From the IMG/VR virus record IMGVR_UViG_2579779107_000005: a stretch of 10,062 nt of DNA; one strand, given 5' to 3'. Under the pieces are notes generated by a model, which had not been told where the DNA came from, made no database searches, and saw only the letters and a program-made list of their open reading frames with translations. Each line of letters begins with the position of its first letter. Positions within the stretch are counted from its first letter, which is position 1. Of this stretch, positions 1 to 7,465 are shown piece after piece. The position numbers were made by a program, and so were the translations under genes. Source of the DNA: a virus (taxonomy: Duplodnaviria; Heunggongvirae; Uroviricota; Caudoviricetes).

Positions 1-3000
1 TGAGCTGGGCGACCGAGGCGTAGCCACCGGCGACGAGCGCCGAGAACAGCACCGACATCGCGCCGGCCGCCTGAGGACCGCTGCTCGAGCTGGCAGCGAT
101 GTCGTTGAGCACTGCGGACATGGCCGATCCGCTGAGTGCCGCGGTGGCGCCGTTGGTCTGGAACGCGCCGCCGAGGGTGTTCAGGTCGCCCGCGAGGCGC
201 TCGGCGTTGAGGCCGCCGGCGAGGGCCTGGTTGAGGCCCTGGGTGAGCGAGTCGGCGAAGGTGATGGTGCTGTCGCCGGCGCCGTCTGCGGCGTCCCCGA
301 GGGCGGCCACGCCGTCGGCGGCGCCCGCGGCCGAGGTGCCGAGCGCGGAGTTCGCGGAGGAGGCTGCTGCGGCCTGCTGAGCGCTCTTGCTGACGGCGGT
401 GGAGCTGGCGTCAATCGCCGCGTTCACCTTGTCGTAGATCGGTGCAATCTCGTTGAGTACGCGCGCCTGCTCCGCGGTGGTCTGCGTGAAGCCCTGGGCG
501 GCGAGCTGGGACTGCAGCATCTTGCTGGAGTCGATGCCCTTGGCCTTGTTGCCCGAGATGAGGTCCATGGCGTGCTCGAGCTGGTTCGTCGAGATTCCGA
601 TTCCAGTGGCGACGTTCTCGGCGAGCTGCTTGCCGTACTCGCGGCCACCGTTCACGGGGTCGCCGAGGATGGCCTTGGCGAGGTCGTTCTGGTTGAAGCC
701 GAAGCCCTGGAGCTTCTGGAGGCCCGCGCTGTCCTTGAAAAGGCTCTGGAATGACTTGCTGTTGGCGAGTGCGGTCGCGAGGGCCTGCTTGGCGTTCTCG
801 CCGTATGCCACGGTCTGCTTCTTGATCGAGTCGGTGGCCGTGGTCGTGTCGTTGCTGAGCTTGACCTGGGCGCCCGTGGCCGTCTCGAGCGAGGAGACCC
901 AGGAGTCAGCCGAGCGGCTGTTGTCTTGGATGTTCGTCGAGATGGTGTTGATCGCGTCACCGGTCTGCTTGTAGGTCGCGGTGTCCTTCTGCATGGCCGC
1001 GGAGAGGTCCGCACCCTGGTCGCCGAAGAAGTTCTTGGCTCGCGTGGAGGCGGACGCCTGCGCGTCGTTGTACTCCATGAGGGCGGCGACGATCGATCCG
1101 ATAGCGACGGCGGCGATCCCAAGGCCAGTGGAGGCGAGTGCGATCTTCCACAGGCGGGCACCGCGGGCGGCCGTGGCCTCGGCGGCGGCGACCGCCTCGA
1201 CGCCGCCAGCGTAGGTCGCTGCTGCCGCGCGGGCCTCGATGAGCATGGTCTTGGTGGCGAGCAGCGAACCGGTGAAGCGTGCGCCGGCCGCGGTCGCGAG
1301 AGCAATGGCCCCGGTGACCGCCACGACGCCGAGCGTGATGGCAATGAACGCCTGGCCGGTATCGGTGCTGGCGACGTCGGTGAGGGTCTGGACGAAGTCG
1401 GTTAGCCCGCTAACGATGTCTCGGATGGGGCCGCTGGCGGCGTCCCCCATCGAGGCGAAGAGCGCGGCGGTCGAGTTGCCGAGGACCTGGAGCTTGGCGG
1501 CGAGGGTCTCGCTGGTGATGCCGTACTGGGCGCTCAGCTCGGACGCCTGGCTCATGCCGGTCGAGGCGTTGGCGAAGGAGTCGCCGAGCAGCTCGGTGTT
1601 CTGGGAGAGCTTGAGCAGCGAGGGGATGTCGCGGACGCTCTGCAGGCCAAGTGCCTGCAGGGTGGCGATGGCGTTGTCGCCCTGGGCGTGGACCCCCTCG
1701 AAGAGGTCGACGAGGGTGGACGCGGCGTCGGCCTTGAAGGCGGCGCGGAACTGGTCGCCGGTCTCGCCCGCCAGGGCTCCGAACTTGGCGAGCGCGTCGC
1801 TGTCGCCGTTGATGGCCTGCTGGATGAGCGTGAACAGGCGCGTCACCGAGGCTCGGGCGGCCTCCGGGGCGATGCCGATGGAGGCGAGCGCCCCAGAGAG
1901 GCCGACCACCTGGTCGGAGGTGAGCCCGACGGTGGAGGCGATGCCGGCGATGTTCTGGGAGATGGCGATGATCTGCGACTCGGTGGCGACCGAGTTGACG
2001 CCGACCTTGAGGATCGACGAAGCGAGTCCCTCGTAGTTGCCCTGGACGTCGGGGAGCAGCTCGTTGAGACGGCCGAGCGCCGTGCCGGACGCCTCGATGC
2101 CGACGTTGGTGGTGGCCGAGAACTCGGCGGTGACGCGGGTGAAGTCCGTGAGGTCGGTCGCTGCGATGTTGAGCTGACCACCGAGGGCACCGATGTCGGA
2201 GAGGTCCTGGAAAGAGACGGGGATCGACGTGGAGAGGTCTACGAAGCTCTGCTTGAGGTTGGCTGCCGCCTGACCGGTGACGTCGGCGGTGCGCTCGACC
2301 TGCGCGAAGCTGCTCTCGAACGACATGGATGCACCCGCGGCAGCGCCGAAGGCGGCGACGAATCCTGCGCCCATGGTCGCTGCTGCGAGCGAGACGTCGA
2401 AGAGCGCGTACCGGACGCGGGGGAGGTGGCTCTCGGTGATCCCGAGGAAGGTCTTGTCGTTGCTGGCGCTGGCTGCGCTGGCAGCAGCCTGCTTCTGGGC
2501 GGACGCGAGCTGTTGTGAGGCGGCGCGGTCCTTCTCCTTGGCGTCCGCGACCTTGCTGAGCGCTGCAGCCTGGGCCGAAAGGTCGGCGGGCGCCGTGGAC
2601 ACGACCGCCTGCAGGTTGCGCTCGGCGGCGGCGAGAGCTGTGGCAGCGCTGCGCGCACGGTCCTGGGCGGCGGCGACCGCGCCGACCTTCGCGACCTGCG
2701 CGTCGTAGGCGTTCGCGTCATCGACCTTGGTGATGCGCCCCTTGGCGCCGGTGATGGCGGACGCGATGCGAGCCTGGTTCGCTGCAGCGCGAGCGGCCTC
2801 CGCATCCGCCTGCGCCTGCGCCTGGGCGAGCGCCTTGACTGCCGCCTTCTGCTCGTCGTACGCGGCGGCGAGGTTCTGGCGGGCGCGCGCCTGAGCCGGG
2901 AGGGAGGCGTCCTGGTTGACGAGCCTGGTGTTCGCGCCCTTCGCGACCGTGAGCGCCTTGGTGGCGGCGGCGAGGCGCATCTCGGCGGCGGCGACGCCTC

Positions 3001-3565
3001 CGATCTTGGCGACCTGGGCCTCGTAGTCGGCGCTCTTGAGCGAGGCGTTGATGCGAGCCTGGGCGGCCTCGATCTGTGCGGCGGCGCCCTTGATTTCGGC
3101 GGCGTAGCTCGCCTCTCGCGCGGCGATCGTGCGGAGCTGGTCGTACTGGCCCGAGCCGCTGGCCTGCGCGCCGTTAAGCGGGTCGGCGGTGGCCTTCTCG
3201 CCCTCGGTGCCGGTCAGTTCGTTCTTGCGGAACGCGGCGTAGGCGCGCTGGGCCTCGTTGATGGCAGTGACGCGCTCCTGCCAAGCGGTCGACCCCCGCG
3301 AAACGACGTTGCTCTCGTCGCCGAGCGCGGTGGCGGCGTCCGAGATGGCAGAGCGAAGCTGCTCGTGCGCGCCCTGGACGTCGAGAAGCGCGCGGGCGTG
3401 CTTCTCGGTGGAGCCCTGGAGGACGTGGAACTTCTCCTCGAGCGCGGCGAGTCCGGTGACCGTGCCGTCGATCTTCTTCTCAGCGCCGTCGAGTGCCTTG
3501 AGGGCGTCGGACAGGCCGCTGATGATGAAGTCGAGCCGCGCTTCAAGGCTGAAATCCTCGGCCAC
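1..3565 (-). CDS. Tape measure protein, TP901 family (3' end runs off the left edge; about 1188 codons visible)
   Basis: Not in the ORF track. Manual translation from GTG at 3565 (SD-like GAGAGAGGA 9 nt upstream) gives MAEDFSLEARLDFIISGLSDALKALDG..., and I found no in-frame stop to position 1. Ala-rich and helical, with a PhageMin_Tail/TP901-like core from about residue 414 (MSFESSFAQVERTADVTGQAAANLKQSFVDLSTSIPVSFQDLSDIGALGGQLNI...). Lies directly after the chaperone genes. Confidence 0.95.
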   Translation of the reverse strand, partial: MAEDFSLEARLDFIISGLSDALKALDGAEKKIDGTVTGLAALEEKFHVLQGSTEKHARALLDVQGAHEQLRSAISDAATALGDESNVVSRGSTAWQERVTAINEAQRAYAAFRKNELTGTEGEKATADPLNGAQASGSGQYDQLRTIAAREASYAAEIKGAAAQIEAAQARINASLKSADYEAQVAKIGGVAAAEMRLAAATKALTVAKGANTRLVNQDASLPAQARARQNLAAAYDEQKAAVKALAQAQAQADAEAARAAANQARIASAITGAKGRITKVDDANAYDAQVAKVGAVAAAQDRARSAATALAAAERNLQAVVSTAPADLSAQAAALSKVADAKEKDRAASQQLASAQKQAAASAASASNDKTFLGITESHLPRVRYALFDVSLAAATMGAGFVAAFGAAAGASMSFESSFAQVERTADVTGQAAANLKQSFVDLSTSIPVSFQDLSDIGALGGQLNIAATDLTDFTRVTAEFSATTNVGIEASGTALGRLNELLPDVQGNYEGLASSILKVGVNSVATESQIIAISQNIAGIASTVGLTSDQVVGLSGALASIGIAPEAARASVTRLFTLIQQAINGDSDALAKFGALAGETGDQFRAAFKADAASTLVDLFEGVHAQGDNAIATLQALGLQSVRDIPSLLKLSQNTELLGDSFANASTGMSQASELSAQYGITSETLAAKLQVLGNSTAALFASMGDAASGPIRDIVSGLTDFVQTLTDVASTDTGQAFIAITLGVVAVTGAIALATAAGARFTGSLLATKTMLIEARAAAATYAGGVEAVAAAEATAARGARLWKIALASTGLGIAAVAIGSIVAALMEYNDAQASASTRAKNFFGDQGADLSAAMQKDTATYKQTGDAINTISTNIQDNSRSADSWVSSLETATGAQVKLSNDTTTATDSIKKQTVAYGENAKQALATALANSKSFQSLFKDSAGLQKLQGFGFNQNDLAKAILGDPVNGGREYGKQLAENVATGIGISTNQLEHAMDLISGNKAKGIDSSKMLQSQLAAQGFTQTTAEQARVLNEIAPIYDKVNAAIDASSTAVSKSAQQAAAASSANSALGTSAAGAADGVAALGDAADGAGDSTITFADSLTQGLNQALAGGLNAERLAGDLNTLGGAFQTNGATAALSGSAMSAVLNDIAASSSSGPQAAGAMSVLFSALVAGGYASVAQL
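1402..1413. promoter_or_regulatory. Putative operator TTAGCCCGCTAA inside the tape measure gene
   Basis: Exact match to TTWGCNNGCWAA; extends to GTTAGC-CC-GCTAAC. Encoded by GTT AGC GGG CTA, where GTT and CTA are atypical codons for this GC3-rich gene. Confidence 0.5.
2495..3025 (-). repeat. Degenerate internal duplication (about 70 aa, 106-aa period) in the tape measure N-terminal region
   Basis: YEAQVAKIGGVAAAEMR...SLPAQARARQNLAAA (3025-2816) vs YDAQVAKVGAVAAAQDR...DLSAQAAALSKVADA (2707-2495); the Tyr codons are 318 nt apart. Confidence 0.7.
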
Positions 3566-3616
3566 CGGCCACCGTCCTCTCTCGTTTGGGGTTTACAGGA
3601 AGCGTACAGGTTACAT

Positions 3617-4078
3617 TCAGGAAACCCTCAGAGACTCGAGAACCTCGCGTCGGCGCACGTCCTCGGAGACGTAGTAGCTGTCCCGATAGCTGGCAAAGTC
3701 GCTGCCATCAGTGGTGTAGGGCACGGGCCGCAGTGCAACGCCATGGGGCTTCTTCCAGTTCTCGCCGGCGCGCTTCTGCTCGCGCTCTTCGAAGATGTCG
3801 ACAGCCTTCTGCGCCTCGCACTCGTCCTCTTCGACGCGGAAGCGAATGCGGGGGTCGTCGGAGTGGCAGATGTAGACGGGCAGGCCGCAGCGGCAGCGCT
3901 CAGCCTCGAGGGACTGCACCGCCTCCACCAGGAGGTAGTCCCACTCGGACCATGCGGCCTTGTGCGGGTGCTTCTTGCGGAAGAGGAACGCCGTGGGCGC
4001 CACGTTCACCGACGCAGCAGCCTTGATGACTGAGACGTACCTGGCCCCGGCGCCGGAGGCCAGGTAGCCGGCTAGAAA
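3617..4078 (-). CDS. Tail assembly chaperone, C-terminal (gpT-like) part reached by -1 frameshift; predicted fusion about 408 aa
   Basis: The -1 frame is open from the slippery site (FLAGYLASGAGARYVSVIKAAASVNVAPTAFLF...) into ORF 3617..4009, which has a CRCGLPVYICH...C motif. Lies between the chaperone and tape measure genes, as in lambda G-T-H. Confidence 0.85.
   Translation of the reverse strand, partial: FLAGYLASGAGARYVSVIKAAASVNVAPTAFLFRKKHPHKAAWSEWDYLLVEAVQSLEAERCRCGLPVYICHSDDPRIRFRVEEDECEAQKAVDIFEEREQKRAGENWKKPHGVALRPVPYTTDGSDFASYRDSYYVSEDVRRREVLESLRVS
3686..3697. promoter_or_regulatory. Putative operator (one mismatch) ATAGCTGGCAAA, about 120 nt upstream of the tape measure start
   Basis: Minus-strand reading TTTGCCAGCTAT is 11/12 identical to the site at 8824-8835; encoded with TTT and TAT codons. 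Confidence 0.4.
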
Positions 4079-4081
4079 TCC
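4038..4081 (-). other. Programmed -1 ribosomal frameshift signal: heptamer G GAU UUC (4081-4075), 8-nt spacer, stem-loop (4066-4038)
   Basis: The heptamer immediately precedes the UAG of the chaperone gene. The downstream stem UACCUGGCC/GGCCAGGUA is a perfect 9 bp, extendable by G-U and C-G pairs. The -1 frame joins the next ORF. Confidence 0.85.
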
Positions 4082-4842
4082 GCCTGTGCGATCGCCGACT
4101 CGGAGACGGCGTTGCGGAACTGCAGGTCGTTCACCGTGGTGAACAGCTTGCTCATCTGGCTGATGGGGAGGAAGTCACGCAGCGCTTCCAGCTCCTCGAC
4201 CGAGAGCTTGACGCCCTCCTCGCCGGTGGAGTTGTCGCGGTAGCGCACCACCTGGTCATAGGCCAGCTCGAGCAGGTTGCGCTCCTGGAACGCCTCCTCC
4301 TGATCCGCGGGGATGCCCTTCTCGGTGATGCCGAGCGCCTTGCGCGCGCGCCGGGATGCGCCGCGAGCGATGGCGAAGGGGAGCGCTCGCAACTCGATCG
4401 AGAGGCTGTTGGACCGAACCTCGTCGCGAATCGCGGCGGCGGCTGCATCCAGCTCCGCGAGCTTCGCCTCCTGCGGCTTGATGAACTCGAGCAGCTCCTT
4501 GCGCTGACTGATCTGCTCCTCAACTTCCGCGATGTCGACCTCGAGGGCGGCGGCGTCGTCGCCCTCCGCCTTCTTGAGGTCGCGCTTGAGCTTGGCGCGG
4601 AGCTTTGTCAGCTCGTCGATTCCGGCAGCGTTGAGCTTGGCGCTCTCGATGGCGTTACGAAGGCGTGCGAGCGCCTGCTCAGCTACGGCCAGGCGCTCGC
4701 TGTTCACCTCGTCGTACCCGAGGTCGAGCTTCGCCGTTCTCATGTCGCGGTTCTTGATCCGGTCGATGAGCGAGAAGCCGGACTTGGCCTCCTCGACGAT
4801 TTCGGTCACGTCGGCGATGTCGGTTTCCAGGGCGTCGGTCAC
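4072..4842 (-). CDS. Tail assembly chaperone (gpG-like), 256 aa, with a long coiled-coil-like segment
   Basis: GTG start with SD GGAGGAG; positioned between tail tube and tape measure genes; ends ...AQADF* at the slippery site. Confidence 0.85.
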   Translation of the reverse strand: MTDALETDIADVTEIVEEAKSGFSLIDRIKNRDMRTAKLDLGYDEVNSERLAVAEQALARLRNAIESAKLNAAGIDELTKLRAKLKRDLKKAEGDDAAALEVDIAEVEEQISQRKELLEFIKPQEAKLAELDAAAAAIRDEVRSNSLSIELRALPFAIARGASRRARKALGITEKGIPADQEEAFQERNLLELAYDQVVRYRDNSTGEEGVKLSVEELEALRDFLPISQMSKLFTTVNDLQFRNAVSESAIAQADF

Positions 4843-4887
4843 GCTGCTCCTCCAGGCTGATATTCGGCTGCCTCCCAGCCAAGACTC

Positions 4888-4916
4888 AGGTTAGCGCGAT
4901 TCGTTTAGCGAGCAAA
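4888..4916 (-). promoter_or_regulatory. Candidate promoter for the chaperone/tape measure genes (-10 TAACCT at 4893-4888; weak -35 TTTGCT at 17 nt) overlapped by an operator-like site at 4905-4916
   Basis: TANNNT hexamer just downstream of the terminator. TTAGCGAGCAAA (plus strand) is an exact match to TTWGCNNGCWAA and covers the putative -35. Confidence 0.5.
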
Positions 4917-4947
4917 AGAAAAGCCCCGCCGCGAGTGCGACGGGGCT
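4913..4947 (-). terminator. Rho-independent terminator after the tail tube genes
   Basis: Minus strand AGCCCCGTCGC-ACTC-GCGGCGGGGCT (11-bp stem with one G-U pair, 4-nt loop) followed by TTTCTTTT, starting 13 nt after the stop at 4960. Confidence 0.9.
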
Positions 4948-4959
4948 CTTCTTGGTCTG

Positions 4960-5721
4960 TTAGGCCGTGACGGTGATCGCCGTCTCGTCCGACGGGAGGG
5001 CGCCGGGGAAGGAGGCGGTGATCTTCGCCTCGCCGATCTTGAGGCGCTCGACGATGCCGTGCTCGGTGACGGTGGCGATCGACGGGTCGCTCGTGCTCCA
5101 CTTCGCGCCGATGGTGACGATCTTGCCCTGGTAGACCGCCTTGAGCCGCGTGACCGACCCGACCTTCCCGCTCGCGTCGCCCGCGGCGACCGTGACGGCG
5201 ACCTTGACCGGCGCGGCGGGCGCGATGATGCCACGCACGCCCATGTCGGACTGCGGGAGCAGCGCGTCCGCCCACGAGTACGAGGTGTCGCCGCGGACGT
5301 CCTTCGGAGCGTCGGACAGCACGTGCCAGGCGTTGTACTCGTCGCCGGCAACGAGCGGCTTGGAGGCCGCCTCCACCGGGCGCGCGAGGAGGATGACGTC
5401 CGAGCCATACGGCTTGAGCATCGTCTCGGCGATGAAGTAGCTCGAGGCGGTGTCGTCGGGCTGGGCCTTGAAGCCGGAGAAGTTGCCTCCGAAGTCGCCG
5501 TTGCCGGCGCTCTTGGCGCCCGCGGCGTCCGCGAAGGAGCGGTCGTCGCTGGACTGGCTCGACTTGGTGTTGAAGTCGGTGCCGTCGAACTTCACCGCGT
5601 CGGTGATGTTCTTGAGCGTCGCCGCCTCGGTCTCGGTGATGGCCGTGACGTCGGCGACCGCGGAGGCCGGACCCACGAACCAGGCGTAGTGCTTGTTGGT
5701 GAGGATGCGCTTGTTGGTCAC
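4960..5721 (-). CDS. Major tail (tube) protein paralog B with C-terminal Ig-like (Big_2-type) domain, 253 aa
   Basis: GTG start with SD AAGGA. The N-terminal ~170 aa align by eye with the 5734..6318 protein (NITDAVK/NITEAVK; VAGDEYNAWHV/VAGQKYSAFYV). C-terminal WSTSDPSIATVTEHGIV...GEAKITA is an Ig-fold signature. Precedes the terminator and chaperones. Confidence 0.85.
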   Translation of the reverse strand: MTNKRILTNKHYAWFVGPASAVADVTAITETEAATLKNITDAVKFDGTDFNTKSSQSSDDRSFADAAGAKSAGNGDFGGNFSGFKAQPDDTASSYFIAETMLKPYGSDVILLARPVEAASKPLVAGDEYNAWHVLSDAPKDVRGDTSYSWADALLPQSDMGVRGIIAPAAPVKVAVTVAAGDASGKVGSVTRLKAVYQGKIVTIGAKWSTSDPSIATVTEHGIVERLKIGEAKITASFPGALPSDETAITVTA

Positions 5722-5733
5722 TGTTGCTCGTCC

Positions 5734-6318
5734 TTACACGAGAGTCGCGTCGACCACGGACACGGACTTCGTGACCCAGGTGACGTCGATGGTCTGGTTG
5801 GCGCCGTCGCCGTAGGCGTCGACGGGGTGGTCGTTCTCCACGTAGAACGCGCTGTACTTCTGGCCGGCGACGCCGAGTGCGTCGTGAGCGAGACCGATGC
5901 GGCGGACGGCGATGAACTTGGCGCCGCGCGCGCGAACCTGGTCGTTCGCCACGTTGTAGGTCGAGTCCACCGCGGCGCTGTTCGCATCCCGGAAGATCGT
6001 CGCCTTCGCGTCGTAGTTCTCGGAGGTCGGGACCACCGAGTTCCCCGACGCATTCACGGGCTTGTCGCTGTCGGTCTCGGAGTCGCTCGCCTCGAGCTTC
6101 GAGTCGTCCTTGACGGCCTCGGTGATGTTGGCGCCGGCGCCCGAGTAGCCGGCGGCGGCGCGCGTCGTGAGGGCCGCGTACTCGTTGTAGAGGTCGGCGC
6201 TGATGGCGCTGATCGGGTCCTTGCCGGCGACCCCGATTCCGTACGGCTCGCCGAGAACCTCGGTCGCGGGGATGAGTACCCACGCCTCGGTGTCGGCGGA
6301 GAGAACCTTGTCGGCCAT
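5734..6318 (-). CDS. Major tail (tube) protein paralog A, 194 aa
   Basis: Canonical position after the tail terminator; beta-rich tube-protein-like sequence; start coupled by TAATG overlap; homologous to paralog B. Confidence 0.8.
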   Translation of the reverse strand: MADKVLSADTEAWVLIPATEVLGEPYGIGVAGKDPISAISADLYNEYAALTTRAAAGYSGAGANITEAVKDDSKLEASDSETDSDKPVNASGNSVVPTSENYDAKATIFRDANSAAVDSTYNVANDQVRARGAKFIAVRRIGLAHDALGVAGQKYSAFYVENDHPVDAYGDGANQTIDVTWVTKSVSVVDATLV

Positions 6319-6527
6319 TAGGCGGCCACCTTCTTCCTGTTCGAGGCGGCGTGCTTGCCGCCGTTCGGTTCCGTCTCGGTGGCGTTGGGCTCGGGGGTCT
6401 CCTCCGCGATCGGCTCGGCGGCCGGTGCGTCGATCGGCTCCAGCTCCGGGAACAGCGCTGCCACGGCGTCGCTGAACTCGCCCACCTTGCCGGTGATGCT
6501 GTGCTTGTAGGTCTTGGTCTGACTCAC
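6318..6527 (-). CDS. Hypothetical 69-aa protein upstream of the tail tube genes (acidic/Pro-rich C-terminal half)
   Basis: ORF fills the gap; its TAA overlaps the next ATG; GC3-biased codons; probable leaderless GTG start. Confidence 0.75.
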   Translation of the reverse strand: MSQTKTYKHSITGKVGEFSDAVAALFPELEPIDAPAAEPIAEETPEPNATETEPNGGKHAASNRKKVAA

Positions 6528-6540
6528 ACAGCTCAGTGTA
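6527..6540 (-). promoter_or_regulatory. Candidate leaderless promoter: -10 TACACT (6540-6535), 7 nt before the GTG at 6527
   Basis: TANNNT-N7-start geometry and no SD before the start codon. Confidence 0.5.
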
Positions 6541-6575
6541 AGGAAACTCCCAGCTTACTTCCAGAAACGGGGATT

Positions 6576-7016
6576 CTACAGGTTGATGGTGGTCTTCATT
6601 GCGGCGATCTTCGAGAAGAGCGCGGGCCGGGTCTTCGTCTGCTGGGAAGAGCCGTTGTAGGCGTACGGGATGCTGACCGGAGTGTCGTTGCCGGGCACGG
6701 GGGTCCAGTCAACCATCAGCTCGACGACCGCCTTCCAGAGCGCATTGAGGGAGTTGCGGTCACCGGCGTAGCAGCCGACGACGAAGGTCAGGGTGTACGC
6801 GATGTCGGCCTCGCCGTCTGACATCGCTCGACCGGCGGAGGGGTTGGCGAACGGTACGCCCATGGACAGGACGATGTAGGGCATGGCCTTGCCCTGGCCG
6901 TCCGGGTACACCGGCACCATCGTGTCGTCGGGTTCCATGTCCATGATCCGGCCGCCGGCGAGGGTGCCGAGTCGCTCTCGGATCGCCGTCTCTTCTGCGC
7001 CTCCGTCGAAGCTCAT
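6576..7016 (-). CDS. Tail terminator protein, 146 aa (start revised to ATG 7016)
   Basis: Position between gp10-like and tube genes; PYIVL...TFVVGCYAGDRNSLNALWKAVVELM pattern typical of terminator-type proteins. ATGA overlap with the upstream stop supports 7016 over 7034. Confidence 0.7.
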   Translation of the reverse strand: MSFDGGAEETAIRERLGTLAGGRIMDMEPDDTMVPVYPDGQGKAMPYIVLSMGVPFANPSAGRAMSDGEADIAYTLTFVVGCYAGDRNSLNALWKAVVELMVDWTPVPGNDTPVSIPYAYNGSSQQTKTRPALFSKIAAMKTTINL

Positions 7017-7465
7017 CCCTTGCTTCCCACCCATGCCTTTAGCTGGCTCTTGAACTCGCTCTTGGCTACCTCGGAGGCGTCAAGGAGTGCGTGGACGCCG
7101 GCCACTGGAACGACCTGCGAGCCGTTCTCCTGGACCTCGTAGTAGATGGGCGTGCCATCGTCGCCGATCCAGCCGAAGCGACCCTGCATTCGGTTCTCAT
7201 CGAGCTGGTACGAGTCGTGCTGGAAGTCGTCGCGGAAGTCACCAGTGACGATGCGACCGGGGTGGCCGCCGTTGTCGCGCGCGCGGCGGTCGCCGGTCGG
7301 CGTGGTGCTCATCTCGATCTTCTGGTGGGCGACGTCCTCGCCCTTCGTGAGGGACTCATCCATGGCGGCGGCGGCCACGGCGTTCGCCTCGTCGCGGAGG
7401 CCAAGGAGCTGCTGGCGGACCCCGGCGATGAATGCGGTGCCGACACCGGCAAGCGCGGTGCTCAC
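7013..7465 (-). CDS. HK97 gp10-like tail completion / neck protein, 150 aa
   Basis: GRIVTGDFRD and YYEVQENGS motifs resemble the gp10-family R.dTG..r and Y..y.E.GT motifs; GTGA overlap with the stopper gene; synteny. Confidence 0.7.
   Translation of the reverse strand: MSTALAGVGTAFIAGVRQQLLGLRDEANAVAAAAMDESLTKGEDVAHQKIEMSTTPTGDRRARDNGGHPGRIVTGDFRDDFQHDSYQLDENRMQGRFGWIGDDGTPIYYEVQENGSQVVPVAGVHALLDASEVAKSEFKSQLKAWVGSKG

Noticed and set aside
99-3674. Many plus-strand and alternate-frame ORFs over the tape measure gene (e.g. 453..974, 1239..2036, 1688..2518, 2239..2805)
   Set aside because: Shadow ORFs from GC3 bias; Ser/Arg/Pro-rich or antisense translations without SD or motifs; fully explained by the long minus-strand frame.
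4864-4882. Small hairpin presenting GGAGG in its loop in the chaperone leader (CsrA-site-like)
   Set aside because: Only 5-7 bp, single copy, and no other evidence for CsrA-type control.
5719-5736. The tube paralogs are in the same frame, separated only by TAA plus four codons (possible read-through fusion)
   Set aside because: UAA is a strong stop and paralog B has its own SD (AAGGA); no read-through signal seen.
4886-6321. Long ORFs 4886..6283 (-) and 5059..6321 (+)
   Set aside because: Out-of-frame or antisense overlaps of the two tube genes; Arg-rich and implausible, and 4886..6283 runs through the terminator.
6538-6575. Short inverted repeats (GTAAG/CTTAC) after the tail terminator gene
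   Set aside because: Stem too weak and no U-tract, so not called a terminator.
4064-7050. Weaker motif-like sites GTAGCCGGCTAG (4064-4075) and TTAGCTGGCTCT (7039-7050)
   Set aside because: Two mismatches each, within chance expectation; the first also overlaps the frameshift signal, which explains its sequence.
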